NCBI GenBank assembly: GCA_012518465.1
Contig: JAAYSD010000010.1
Location: 7,638 to 71,637 of the forward strand
Direction: 5' to 3'
Length of the DNA: 64,000 nucleotides
Origin: Clostridiales bacterium
Lineage (GTDB): Bacteria > Bacillota > Clostridia > Oscillospirales > Ruminococcaceae
Part shown: in pieces, positions 1 to 9,895 of the stretch
Position numbering within the stretch: the first letter of the stretch is position 1
How the letters are laid out: every line of letters begins with the position of its first letter
Program-made: the position numbers and the translations under genes
The notes under the pieces: model-generated
Database searches by the model: none
What the model saw: only the letters and a program-made list of their open reading frames with translations
What the model was told of the DNA's origin: nothing

Positions 1-1
1 T

Positions 2-517
2 TTGTTATTTGTATCAATAATATTGTTTTTTTATTTTGACATAAAAAAGATTATAGGAGAATTATCAGGTTCGACAGAACGCAAGGCTATAAATGATATA
101 AGATATCAAACTGAAAATTCATCAAACAATCAGCTTAGGCGAAATATAAAAATAAGTGATGAAGGAAAGCTTACTGATAAAATAACTCCTTCAGGCAGAC
201 TGTTAGCAAAAGGAAATGCACACGGATATTCTACTAAAACTGAAAAATTTAATACAGAAGAGCTTTCTTTTAATTTTGATAATTCAATTAGTAATGAAAC
301 AACTGTGTTGTATGAAAATATAGACAATATAAGTGCAGAAACTACGGTGTTAAGCTCGAATTTATCATACGCTGCTGAGACAACTCTACTTACTAATTCA
401 GAAATTCATCAGCATATACAGCGTGAAGATTTAGATAGTGAAAAATCGGAAGATGATGATAGCTTTATCATTGATGTTGAAATGGGTTTTACAGATAGCG
501 AAGAAATTATTGAATAG
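2..517 (+). CDS. hypothetical protein, C-terminal part (5' end lies outside the window)
   Basis: The frame is open from the window edge to TAG at 515-517. It has a hydrophobic helix (LFVSIILFFYF), three short repeats (NETTVL, AETTVL, AETTLL) and a D/E-rich tail. Only 45 nt and no hairpin separate it from the giant downstream ORF. Confidence 0.5.
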   Translation: MLFVSIILFFYFDIKKIIGELSGSTERKAINDIRYQTENSSNNQLRRNIKISDEGKLTDKITPSGRLLAKGNAHGYSTKTEKFNTEELSFNFDNSISNETTVLYENIDNISAETTVLSSNLSYAAETTLLTNSEIHQHIQREDLDSEKSEDDDSFIIDVEMGFTDSEEIIE

Positions 518-562
518 AGTTTAGTGTTTATTATTATTTATTTGAAGTAAAGGAGAAAGAAT

Positions 563-3500
563 ATGTGTGTGAAGTTTAGGGATAAAATATTGTCTATTAT
601 TTTGGCGTTATCAATATTTTTATCAATGATTCCGATTAGTGCTTTTAAAGCTTTTAACGAGGAAGGAACTAATAGTTATGTTGTTGAAATTACGATAAAG
701 GATAGTGAAGGCAGTCTTATTGATGAGGCTAATGTTTCTTATAATATAATGGTTAATGATTCTTTAATTAATGAGAATTATACTGATATTAAATCTGTAA
801 ATGGCAAGGTAATTGTATCGCAGATATGTGACGGAAATATTTCGGATAATGATAATGTAGTTATATTTGGAAATGTGTCTAAATTCGGTTATGATGATAC
901 TAGCTTTGAATATGATTTATTTAGTGGCAGTGGTTTTGTAGAAATTTCATTAAATGAGAAAAAGAAGGTTAAAGGACAGATTAAGCTATTAGACTCAAAT
1001 GATGAAAAAGCTATTTCTGGGGTGAGCGTATCAATAAAAGGATATGAAGATATTTACGGAGAAACTGACGAGGAGGGCTTATTTTCAGCGGAATTTTATA
1101 GTGGAGAAAATTACAAAATTGTAGATGCATCATGTGCTGGTTATCTCAAATATTCAGAAGAAGAAGAGCGTGAAATTAAAGAAGATGAAATCATTATTAT
1201 ATATCTTACTGCAAAAAAAGAGGATGACACGCTTAAATTTGAAAAGGATGGACCAATAGAGATAACTATTGGTGAAAGTTTTATTAACGCTGCATCAAGC
1301 GAAAATCAAACCTTAGAGCAAGTTAATTACAGCGTCGATGGAGATTGTGTAAGTGTGACGGACGAAGGCACAGTTACAGCTTTGAAATCAGGGGAAGCTA
1401 AAATTATAGCTACAATAGAAGAAAGCGAAGAGTATTCAAAAGCTACAGCTTATTATACAGTTATTGTTAAAAAAGCTAAAGTAGAAAACTTTTATTTTGA
1501 AGAATCGAATATTAATCTTCAGTATAGCGAAAATCTTACTTTTAAAAATACATGTATTTATGATGAAGACATTGGAAAGGTTACGTATTCTATTATTAAA
1601 GGAAGCGATGTAGCAGAAATTGATGAAGAAACCGGAGAATTAAAAATATTAAAAGCAGGTCAAGTGACTGTAAAAGCTACACTGGAAGAAAATGATCAAT
1701 ATGAAGAAGCAACTTGTGAATATAGCTTGACTATTGAACAAGCAGCACAAACAGGATTTGTCTTTGCAGACCCCAATCCTGATAGTAAAAATATAGACGA
1801 GGGAACATTTGAAAATGCAGCGGCGGGTGGCTTAGGTGAAGGCGAGATTACCTATGAAATTATTTCTGGATCTGACTATGCTGAAATAAAATCTCCTAAT
1901 GAACCTACAATCTATTTTAAAAAAGGTGGAGGAAGTGTAACAGTTAAAGCTACAAAAGCAGCTGATGAACGTTATAAAGAAGTGAGTACTACTTATACTT
2001 TAGATATAAACTTAATAGAGCAAGAGGAATTTTATTTTTCTGAAGAAAACCCAAAAGACGTATATTATAATGATAACGATAACCAATATATGTTAGAAAC
2101 AAAGGGCGGTAGCGGTAATGGAGCTGTTACTTATAGTATTATTGAAGGAGATGCGGCAGAATTAGATAATAGCACTCTAATAATAAAAAAGTCTGGAATT
2201 ATTAAGATTAGAGCAGTAAAAGAAGCAGATGATGTATATAAAAAGGCTTTTGCTGAGATTCGAATAAATGTAAAAAAATCACATCAAAAAATTGAATTTG
2301 ATTTTCCTCAACCTATTGATATTATTTATGGAAATCAATTTGTTAATCAGGCAAAACCAGTAGAAAATTCTTCAGCTGGTGATGGAAGAGGATATGCACT
2401 TTCGCAGAATATAAATTACAGTGTTGTAAAAGGCGAAGAGATAGCATCTGTTGATAATGACGGAAAACTAATATTTAATAATAATAAAGTGGGCTTAATA
2501 ACTGTAAAAGCAGAAATTGAAGGTGATGATTGTTATGAGCCTGCGAGTGCTACTTATTCTCTTAATGTAAAGTTTTTAGATAAGCCTGCCAGTCCTTATG
2601 AGATTTTGGGCGAAAAGAAAAATAACAGCGAATGGTATAGCACAGATGTTGTTATAACTCCCCCGGAAGGCTATACAATAAGTTTTTCAAATAATCTAAT
2701 AGAAAATAAGTGGTTAGATGAGCTTGTTATTACAGATGAAGGAAGAAATGAAAAAACGGTTTATTTAAAAAGTGATAAAGGAATAACTGATGCAATTGAA
2801 ATTGATGGAAAAAGCACTAGTATAGATAAAACTTCACCGAGAAATTTAAAAGTTTCTTATGATATTTCTGTTTCAGATAAGATTTTACATTACATTTCTT
2901 TCGGCTTTTATAAGGCGCCTGTTAATGTAACAATTGAAGCTGTTGATGATGTATCTGGTATTGAATATTTTGAATATTCTTATACTTCAGAACTAACGGA
3001 TGAGCAATATGATGGTGTTGTTGATAGTTATAATATTACTTATGATAATGAAAAAAGAAATGCAAAGGCAAGTTTTAAAATAGAGCCGCAGTTTCGTGGG
3101 AATGTGTCATTTAAGGCGGTTGACGCTGCAGGTAATGATTCTGTTTTTCATGACGAAAAGGTTATAATTGTAGATGATATAGCACCTGGAATATCAGTAA
3201 CCTATGATAATAATAATTCTCTTAATGATATGTATTATGATAATATTAGGACGGCTAAAATAATTATTGATGAAGATAATTATTTCGAAGATGATGTAAA
3301 AGATGGATATTTGGTAATTACCATAGGTAAAAGGCGTGGAGAAGAAGAGCATTATACTAATACTGTTGTAACACCAAGGTTTACGAAAAATGGTTCTACT
3401 TATGAAGCGTATGTTGTGTTTGACGAAGACGCTGAGTATACTTTTGATATAAAGTATACGGATCGTTCTGGTAATGTCTTTGATTCTTATAAAAAAGATG

Positions 3501-6500
3501 AGTTTGTGATAGATAAGACCGCCCCTAAGATTAGCATAGCATATGATAATAACGAAAGTGTAAATGAAAATTATTATAGCAGTAACAGAACTGCTGTTAT
3601 AAAGATAGTTGAACAGAATTTCAATCCTGAAAATGTATTATTAGAGGAATTGAATATAAAAGATGTAAATGGAAATAATTTAGAACCTAATAGAAATTAT
3701 CAAGATATATTGAAAAATGGCGAATGGAATCATAATGGTGATGTACATACTATTGAATTGCCATTTGATATGAATGGTAGTTTTGATTTTGCAATAAGCT
3801 ATATCGATTTGGCAGGTAACGAGGGAGAAACAAAGATTGCCGATAGCTTTATTATCAATAAAGAAGCACCCAAAAATTTATCCATAGAATATAGCACGTC
3901 TATTTTAGATACAATTTTAGAAAATATTACATTCGGGTTCTATCAATCACCCGTTACAGTAACAATTTCAGCTGACGATAATATTTCTAAAATTAATTAC
4001 TTTACTTATTCATATGGTACACAGGTGGGTCAAGACTTGCTTAATACAGGGAAAAAAGGCACAGTTATTAACAGTGATGATATTATATATTCAGGCAAAA
4101 TGGCGACAGCAACCTTCGAGATACCTGCACAATTTAAAGGTAATATATCATTTTCAGCTACAAACATGGCAAATATTGAAAGTGATGTGTTTAACGACTC
4201 TAAAGTCATTGTGGTTGATGATATAGCACCTGAAATATCAGTAACCTATGATAACAATAATTCTGTAAATAATACTTATTTTAATGCGGATAGAACAGCT
4301 ATTATTGCAATAAAAGAATCAAATTTCTTTATACAAGCATTTGACAAAATTATAGAGATATCAGATGGGGATGAGTCTTTAATAGATGAATATCTTGTCA
4401 TTACCGTTGTAAAAGAAACAAGTGATGGTGTCAAAACAACAAAAACTTTTAAAAATTCTGAGCTTACTGTTCCTTTCAAAAAAACAGATAGAGATATATG
4501 GATTGCTAAGCTGTTATTTGAAGATGATGCAGATTATGAATTTAAGATTTCATATAAGGACTTTTCAGGCAATGTGGCTAAAGAGTATACAGAAAAATTC
4601 ACCATAGATAAAACAAAGCCAATAGCGAGTATAACCTATTATGGTGAAAAGGAAAGCGTTGATGGAGATGAATACAAATCCGATGTCAAGGCGATATTAA
4701 CAGTTATAGAGGAAAATTTCAGCGTTTCAGATGTTTCTCTTGACTATTTTTCAGCAAAAGATATTCAGGGTAATGACGTGGATTTAACCAGTAATTATGA
4801 AGAGTTATTACATGATGGTGCTTGGGAACATAATGGAGATACTCATACTTTGGAAATACCATTTGAAGTTGATGCTATATATAATTTAAACATTAGTTTT
4901 ACCGATTTATCAGGAAATGAGGCTGTAACCAATATAAACAATAGGTTTAGTGTAGATAAATGCGCACCTTCAAAAGAAAGCTTAAAAATTTCTTATAGCA
5001 CCTCAGTGTTAGATTTAATACTTAAGGGTATTACTTTTGGGTTTTATGATGCACCTGTAACAGTAACCCTTGAAGCTGATGATAGCATTTCCGGAGTAGA
5101 TTCATTTATTTATTCGTATACATCTATAAATGGCAGTGATAATGATGAGGATGGAGAAAATATATTAATTACTTCAGATAGTATTGATTATTTTAATAAT
5201 GGTAAGAATGCTAAAGCGACATTTAAAATTCCTCCTCAGTTTACAGGAAATATATCGTTTTGTGCAATTGATCGTTCTGGCAATTGTAGTGAAGTTTATG
5301 ATGATGATAAGGTAATTGTTGTTGATAATGTAGCACCGGTTGTGTCAGTTGAGTATGACAATAATGAGGTTTATAATGATAATTATTACACTTCTTCAAG
5401 GATGGCAACAATAACTATAAATGAAGAAAATTTCTTTGTTGAAGCATTTGATGAAATAGAAGATGAATACTTGTTAGAAAAGGTTGATGCACATCTTAAA
5501 ATAAACGTGGTTAAAGAATTAAATGACGGTAGCAGGATAACAAAAACATACAAAAATGAGGATTTAACTTTACCATTTGAAAAAATATCTGATGATAATT
5601 GGCAAGCTAAACTCCTATTCGAAGAAGATGCTGATTATTTCTTTGAGATTGAGTATAAGGATTACTCTGGAAACGTTGAAAAAGCATATAATGATAGCTT
5701 TACTATTGACACAATAAATCCTAAAGTATCTGTCTTTTATAATAATAATTATGTAAAAAATGATAAGTATTTTAATGATAATAGAGATATTACAATTTCT
5801 ATTGAAGAACATAACTTTAATTCAGAAGATGTTGAGGTAATTGTAACAAGTAAAAACGCAACCAGCGAAGTGATGGACTATAATGCTTATTTTAAGGACA
5901 TTAATAACTGGATGGCTGATGGAAATGTGTATACAGCAAGCGCATCTTTTTCTGCAGAAGCGAACTATACTTTTGATATTAACTATACAGATAAATCCGG
6001 AAGAGTTAATGATAATGTAGACTATAAAAAATCAGTTGCACCAAAGGAGTTTACCATTGATAAAACTGCACCAACTAATGCAGATATTAAAATAGGAGAA
6101 CGGTCAATAATATCAGATAAAAGTATAACGTTTGAAACTTTTTACAATAAAGCTATTGCAGTAAAATTTGATATAAATTGTGATATTAGTGGTTTAGATA
6201 CTGTTATGTATCAAAAGGTTTCTTCAGTGTCAGATTATTCATACAATGGTTCTTGGACTAATTACAAAAATTCAGGTGTGAAAATTCAACCTACTGAAAA
6301 GTTCATTATATATTTTAAAGTTACGGATAAAGCAGGAAATGTTGCTGTGGTAAATTCCTTAGGCATTGTTGTGGATGATAAAGCACCAGTAGGTGAAAAA
6401 AATGCACCTGAAATTGGAATAGATACAGGTGCTGCTAATAAAAATGGATATTATAATAGCGATGTTTTTGTTTCTGTTAAAGTTGTTGACCCACAATTTG

Positions 6501-8557
6501 TAGGCAATGATGAAAATGACAGTGGATTTTATTCAGGGTTAAGCAAAATTACATATAGAATAAAGGCTGATGACATTAATGTGATTGAAAATGGTGTGCT
6601 TTTTGATGCTTTAAGCAATAAAACCGAAGGTTCAATTATTGATGCAGATAAGCTCGCTAGCACATGGAGCGGAAGAGTAAAAATAGATGCTAATAAGTTT
6701 AATAGCAATAATGTTGTATTTGAAGTTACAGCTGTTGATAACGCTGGAAATATACGCACTACAACTAATCAAATGTTAAACAAGCCTATAAAAATCGATG
6801 TGACTAAGCCGAAGATTAATATTTCTTATGATAATAATTCTGCAAATAATTCTACTTACTTTAAAATGAATAGAACGGCTACAATTGTAATAACGGAGCG
6901 TAACTTTAATCCCGATGATATAAAACTGAACATTAGCAATACAAACGGTGTTTTACCAACGATTTCATCATGGACTAGGGTATCGGGTAAAGGGAATAAT
7001 GATGATACTAGGTGGGTAGCAAGTATTTCTTATAATACAGATGGAGATTATAATTTTGATATAGAGTACACCGACTTAGCAGGTAATAAATGCGATAAGG
7101 AAACCTATGATGATGACACAGTAGCACCTAAAGCATTTACTATTGATAAGACAACTCCAGTTATATCAGTAACTTATGATAATAATTCAAATAAAAATAA
7201 TAATTATTATAAAGCTAATCGCACTGCGACAATTGCTATTACAGAACATAATTTTGATGCTAATTTAGTTGATATTATTATCACAGCGAATGATAGGGGC
7301 AAAAATATATCGTTACCCACAATTAGTAGATGGATAACTAACGGAGATAGGCATACTGCAACTATACGGTATGAGAAAGATGCATTTTATACCTTTGATA
7401 TTTCTGTTAGGGATAAAGCTGCAAATCAATCTAAGGATTTTGTGAATCAAAGCTTTTATATAGATAAAACAGCCCCTGAGCTAGTAATTTCAGGTGTTAT
7501 TAATGGCTCTGCTAATAGTGGTGATTTAGCTCCTATTATATCGTATTCAGATGCTAATTATGATTCTAGTAATGTAAGGATTATGTTAAATAGCACCAAT
7601 AAAAATGAAATTCCACTTGATGGCGTTTATTCAAAGACTAATAATGGGGGAAAATTCACGTTTAACAATTTTGCAAATGAAAAAAGTTTTGATGATATTT
7701 ATACTTTAACTGCCGAACTTACAGACAAGGCTGGCAACACCACCCAACAAAAAATAGTTTTTTCAGTTAATCGTTTTGGCTCTACTTATTTATTTAATGA
7801 GGGTACAAAAAATTTAAATAATTCATATTTACAAAATGGACAAGATGTTATAATTACGGAAATAAATGTTGATAAGCTGAAAAACTTTAAGGTTACACTT
7901 TTTAAAAATAACGAAACATTTGTTTTAAAAGAGGGTGAAGATTATAAAATAGATATAAAAGGTGGAAATGGGCAATGGTATGAATATAAGTATACTGTTT
8001 TTGATAAAAACTTTGATGATGATGGAGTGTATAGATTAGTTTTCCATTCTGAAGATGAAGCAGGAAATGTTTCAAATAATACTCAGGATACTAAAGACAA
8101 GGAAATTAGCTTTGGAGTAGATAGAATAAAGCCGAACATTGTTATAACTAATCTTGAAGCTGGAAAAACATATTCATTAGATAAGAAAACTGTTTTAATG
8201 ACTGTGAGTGATAATCTGTTAATCAAGTCAATTAAGGTATATTTAGATGATTATGAAAATGAATATGCATCATGGACGGAAAATGAAATTAAAAGTATTA
8301 TAGAAAATGGTCAAGATTTCACATTTGATATTTTAGGCGATTCCACTTCAAAACACAAGGTAAAAATAATTAGTGTAGATGCAGCAGGAAATGATGAGGT
8401 CGTAGAAATTGTAGATTTTTTTGTAACAACTAATTTGTGGATACGTTTCTATAATAACAGTCTGCTATTCTTTGGAGCAATAGGTGGTGCTGTTTTAACA
8501 ATTGGGTTAATCACCTTTTTTGTAGCAGTGAAAAAAAGAAAAAGAATAAGCCAATAA
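563..8557 (+). CDS. giant (2664 aa) cell-surface Ig-like repeat protein with signal peptide, Big_2-like domains, tandem super-repeats and a C-terminal membrane anchor
   Basis: AAGGAGAA RBS at 551-558. N-terminus is signal-like (MCVKFRDKILSIILALSIFLSMIPISAFKA). A CarboxypepD_reg-like segment follows (VKGQIKLLD..GVSVSIKGY..TDEEGLF). Big_2-like motifs recur (VTYSII.G...A.ID..TG.L.I.K.G.VTVKA). Many modules are delimited by DKT.P or VDD.AP. The C-terminus is LLFFGAIGGAVLTIGLITFFVAV followed by KKRKR, with no LPXTG motif. Confidence 0.85.
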   Translation: MCVKFRDKILSIILALSIFLSMIPISAFKAFNEEGTNSYVVEITIKDSEGSLIDEANVSYNIMVNDSLINENYTDIKSVNGKVIVSQICDGNISDNDNVVIFGNVSKFGYDDTSFEYDLFSGSGFVEISLNEKKKVKGQIKLLDSNDEKAISGVSVSIKGYEDIYGETDEEGLFSAEFYSGENYKIVDASCAGYLKYSEEEEREIKEDEIIIIYLTAKKEDDTLKFEKDGPIEITIGESFINAASSENQTLEQVNYSVDGDCVSVTDEGTVTALKSGEAKIIATIEESEEYSKATAYYTVIVKKAKVENFYFEESNINLQYSENLTFKNTCIYDEDIGKVTYSIIKGSDVAEIDEETGELKILKAGQVTVKATLEENDQYEEATCEYSLTIEQAAQTGFVFADPNPDSKNIDEGTFENAAAGGLGEGEITYEIISGSDYAEIKSPNEPTIYFKKGGGSVTVKATKAADERYKEVSTTYTLDINLIEQEEFYFSEENPKDVYYNDNDNQYMLETKGGSGNGAVTYSIIEGDAAELDNSTLIIKKSGIIKIRAVKEADDVYKKAFAEIRINVKKSHQKIEFDFPQPIDIIYGNQFVNQAKPVENSSAGDGRGYALSQNINYSVVKGEEIASVDNDGKLIFNNNKVGLITVKAEIEGDDCYEPASATYSLNVKFLDKPASPYEILGEKKNNSEWYSTDVVITPPEGYTISFSNNLIENKWLDELVITDEGRNEKTVYLKSDKGITDAIEIDGKSTSIDKTSPRNLKVSYDISVSDKILHYISFGFYKAPVNVTIEAVDDVSGIEYFEYSYTSELTDEQYDGVVDSYNITYDNEKRNAKASFKIEPQFRGNVSFKAVDAAGNDSVFHDEKVIIVDDIAPGISVTYDNNNSLNDMYYDNIRTAKIIIDEDNYFEDDVKDGYLVITIGKRRGEEEHYTNTVVTPRFTKNGSTYEAYVVFDEDAEYTFDIKYTDRSGNVFDSYKKDEFVIDKTAPKISIAYDNNESVNENYYSSNRTAVIKIVEQNFNPENVLLEELNIKDVNGNNLEPNRNYQDILKNGEWNHNGDVHTIELPFDMNGSFDFAISYIDLAGNEGETKIADSFIINKEAPKNLSIEYSTSILDTILENITFGFYQSPVTVTISADDNISKINYFTYSYGTQVGQDLLNTGKKGTVINSDDIIYSGKMATATFEIPAQFKGNISFSATNMANIESDVFNDSKVIVVDDIAPEISVTYDNNNSVNNTYFNADRTAIIAIKESNFFIQAFDKIIEISDGDESLIDEYLVITVVKETSDGVKTTKTFKNSELTVPFKKTDRDIWIAKLLFEDDADYEFKISYKDFSGNVAKEYTEKFTIDKTKPIASITYYGEKESVDGDEYKSDVKAILTVIEENFSVSDVSLDYFSAKDIQGNDVDLTSNYEELLHDGAWEHNGDTHTLEIPFEVDAIYNLNISFTDLSGNEAVTNINNRFSVDKCAPSKESLKISYSTSVLDLILKGITFGFYDAPVTVTLEADDSISGVDSFIYSYTSINGSDNDEDGENILITSDSIDYFNNGKNAKATFKIPPQFTGNISFCAIDRSGNCSEVYDDDKVIVVDNVAPVVSVEYDNNEVYNDNYYTSSRMATITINEENFFVEAFDEIEDEYLLEKVDAHLKINVVKELNDGSRITKTYKNEDLTLPFEKISDDNWQAKLLFEEDADYFFEIEYKDYSGNVEKAYNDSFTIDTINPKVSVFYNNNYVKNDKYFNDNRDITISIEEHNFNSEDVEVIVTSKNATSEVMDYNAYFKDINNWMADGNVYTASASFSAEANYTFDINYTDKSGRVNDNVDYKKSVAPKEFTIDKTAPTNADIKIGERSIISDKSITFETFYNKAIAVKFDINCDISGLDTVMYQKVSSVSDYSYNGSWTNYKNSGVKIQPTEKFIIYFKVTDKAGNVAVVNSLGIVVDDKAPVGEKNAPEIGIDTGAANKNGYYNSDVFVSVKVVDPQFVGNDENDSGFYSGLSKITYRIKADDINVIENGVLFDALSNKTEGSIIDADKLASTWSGRVKIDANKFNSNNVVFEVTAVDNAGNIRTTTNQMLNKPIKIDVTKPKINISYDNNSANNSTYFKMNRTATIVITERNFNPDDIKLNISNTNGVLPTISSWTRVSGKGNNDDTRWVASISYNTDGDYNFDIEYTDLAGNKCDKETYDDDTVAPKAFTIDKTTPVISVTYDNNSNKNNNYYKANRTATIAITEHNFDANLVDIIITANDRGKNISLPTISRWITNGDRHTATIRYEKDAFYTFDISVRDKAANQSKDFVNQSFYIDKTAPELVISGVINGSANSGDLAPIISYSDANYDSSNVRIMLNSTNKNEIPLDGVYSKTNNGGKFTFNNFANEKSFDDIYTLTAELTDKAGNTTQQKIVFSVNRFGSTYLFNEGTKNLNNSYLQNGQDVIITEINVDKLKNFKVTLFKNNETFVLKEGEDYKIDIKGGNGQWYEYKYTVFDKNFDDDGVYRLVFHSEDEAGNVSNNTQDTKDKEISFGVDRIKPNIVITNLEAGKTYSLDKKTVLMTVSDNLLIKSIKVYLDDYENEYASWTENEIKSIIENGQDFTFDILGDSTSKHKVKIISVDAAGNDEVVEIVDFFVTTNLWIRFYNNSLLFFGAIGGAVLTIGLITFFVAVKKRKRISQ
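2825..6058 (+). repeat. three diverged tandem super-repeats (2825-3856, 3857-4954, 4955-6058) inside the giant ORF
   Basis: Each unit starts (D/N)K..P...L.(V/I)SY and repeats the same order of motifs: ITFGFY..PV.VT..A.D..S.I..F.YSY; PQF.GN.SF.A.D..GN; VDD.AP.(I/V)SV.YDNN; RTA.I.I.E.N(Y/F)F; Y.F.I.Y.D.SGN; IDKT.P; W.HNGD.HT.E.PF. Boundaries were read directly from the nucleotide lines and are in frame. Confidence 0.8.
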
Positions 8558-8568
8558 GACGTTAAAAT

Positions 8569-8597
8569 GTATAAGAGGGGTTTTACTCCTTTTATAC
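8569..8597 (+). terminator. hairpin just after the giant ORF, a possible weak terminator
   Basis: gtataagagg / ccttttatac forms a 10-bp stem (one G-U pair) with a 9-nt loop. No clear U-tract follows. Confidence 0.35.
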
Positions 8598-8759
8598 ACG
8601 CTTTGTTAAGTAAATAAATAGTGTTGTGCTTACAGTACATACTTTTTAATTATTACATAAGTTAAAATTTTTATGTAAATATTATATTTGTGTCTATTGT
8701 ATAAATATACAAAAAATTAATGTAATATTTGTTAAAACTGCTAATATATTTTTACTGAA

Positions 8760-8993
8760 ATGTATTCTATAATATTAAGTGAGGAGGTGGAATTAAAAAA
8801 AACGGTTGTTTATTGTGATGATGCTGTTTGGTATGTTGATGAAAATGGCAGAAGATTATCTGAAAATTTTACAGAAACGTTTACCGGTGATGTTGATGTT
8901 GAAATGGGTGGGTTTTTAAATCTTTTTATCAAAAAGATTAATATTTTTACAGATGATTACGGTAAAAAACATAAGTTTATAAAGGAGTTATGA
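8760..8993 (+). CDS. hypothetical small protein (77 aa), a weak call
   Basis: The ORF exists, but its ATG has no upstream SD. A strong SD-like GAGGAGG lies inside it at 8781-8787 with no start codon at proper spacing. No family was recognised. Confidence 0.3.
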   Translation: MYSIILSEEVELKKTVVYCDDAVWYVDENGRRLSENFTETFTGDVDVEMGGFLNLFIKKINIFTDDYGKKHKFIKEL

Positions 8994-8994
8994 T

Positions 8995-9501
8995 ATGAAA
9001 GCAAAAAACATTAAAATTGCTACAATCGAAATAGTTGCTGTTGCTCTTGCAGCTGTTGCAATATTATTGCTTATTCACTTCATTAAGCCTATATCAGCAG
9101 ATGAGCCGGAAATTCCTGAGCTGCAAGTAGGAAAGTATTATTTAAATGGTGATAAAAACACAAATTTTTATATAGAAGTATTTGATGATGAGCAGATTGT
9201 ATTACAAAAAGAAGATTTGAAAAAGTACTTTTATGATCGTGCAGTGGCTGCTATTCCCGATCCTGATTTAAGCGATTGGAAGAGTGCTGAAGATTTTTAT
9301 AATAATTCGGCACAGCTTATGATGGACATGTATTCTGAAAAAGCATATTACGCAGTTCAGTATGTGATTGATAAGACTTTTATTAAATTAAATGTAAAAG
9401 AGCCGGGCGATGCTACAACGGGCGGTGGTCCGTCTTATATCTATAAAAATGAAACAACTATCAGTTTCCCTAATCATGGTGATTTTATTTTAGTAAAATA
9501 G
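8995..9501 (+). CDS. hypothetical exported or membrane-anchored protein (168 aa)
   Basis: AAAGGAG RBS lies 6 nt before the ATG. The N-terminal hydrophobic helix is IATIEIVAVALAAVAILLLIHFI. No family was recognised. Confidence 0.6.
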   Translation: MKAKNIKIATIEIVAVALAAVAILLLIHFIKPISADEPEIPELQVGKYYLNGDKNTNFYIEVFDDEQIVLQKEDLKKYFYDRAVAAIPDPDLSDWKSAEDFYNNSAQLMMDMYSEKAYYAVQYVIDKTFIKLNVKEPGDATTGGGPSYIYKNETTISFPNHGDFILVK

Positions 9502-9695
9502 ATTCTTATTCCTTAGTTGAAGTTGGAAATAAAAACCTTTTCTAGTTCATATGTGCCAACGCAAGGAAAGCAAAAGCTAGATATGCTTTGGTATATTGAA
9601 CATTGAGATGTACTGACATTCAGAATTTTATTGGAATCTTCGTTTCGGGCTTTAAGGTTTTTTATTGTTTGTTTCAATAAGATAAATATATATTA

Positions 9696-9733
9696 AGTAT
9701 TCTCTTGCATTTGCAAAGGGAATACTATTTTTT
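9696..9733 (+). terminator. strong rho-independent terminator about 200 nt downstream of the nearest ORF
   Basis: agtattctcttgc-attt-gcaaagggaatact forms a stem of about 13 bp with one bulge. It is followed by aTTTTTT. Confidence 0.7.
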
Positions 9734-9866
9734 ATATTTGATATAATTTTTAAAATTAATCATATTATTTTAAACTAAAAATTATGATATTTATATATAA
9801 ATATTAGCTGCAAACCCGAAAAATTGTTTAAGTGAACACGTTGAAAAAAATGTAAAATAAAACTGT

Positions 9867-9895
9867 TTGATTTTTTTAATAAAGTATGTTATAAT
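9867..9895 (+). promoter_or_regulatory. sigma-A type promoter for the activase-like gene
   Basis: TTGATT, 17-nt spacer, TATAAT, with a TGn extended -10 (tgtTATAAT). This leaves a leader of about 140 nt before the ATG at 10043. Confidence 0.5.

Noticed and set aside
9531-9661. A long-range complementary pair, AAAAACCTT (9531-9539) and AAGGTTTTT (9653-9661), could close a 130-nt RNA domain.
   Set aside because: The stem is A/T-rich and easily arises by chance in this composition. I could not recognise the interior as any known RNA family. It is only mentioned under the orphan-terminator finding.
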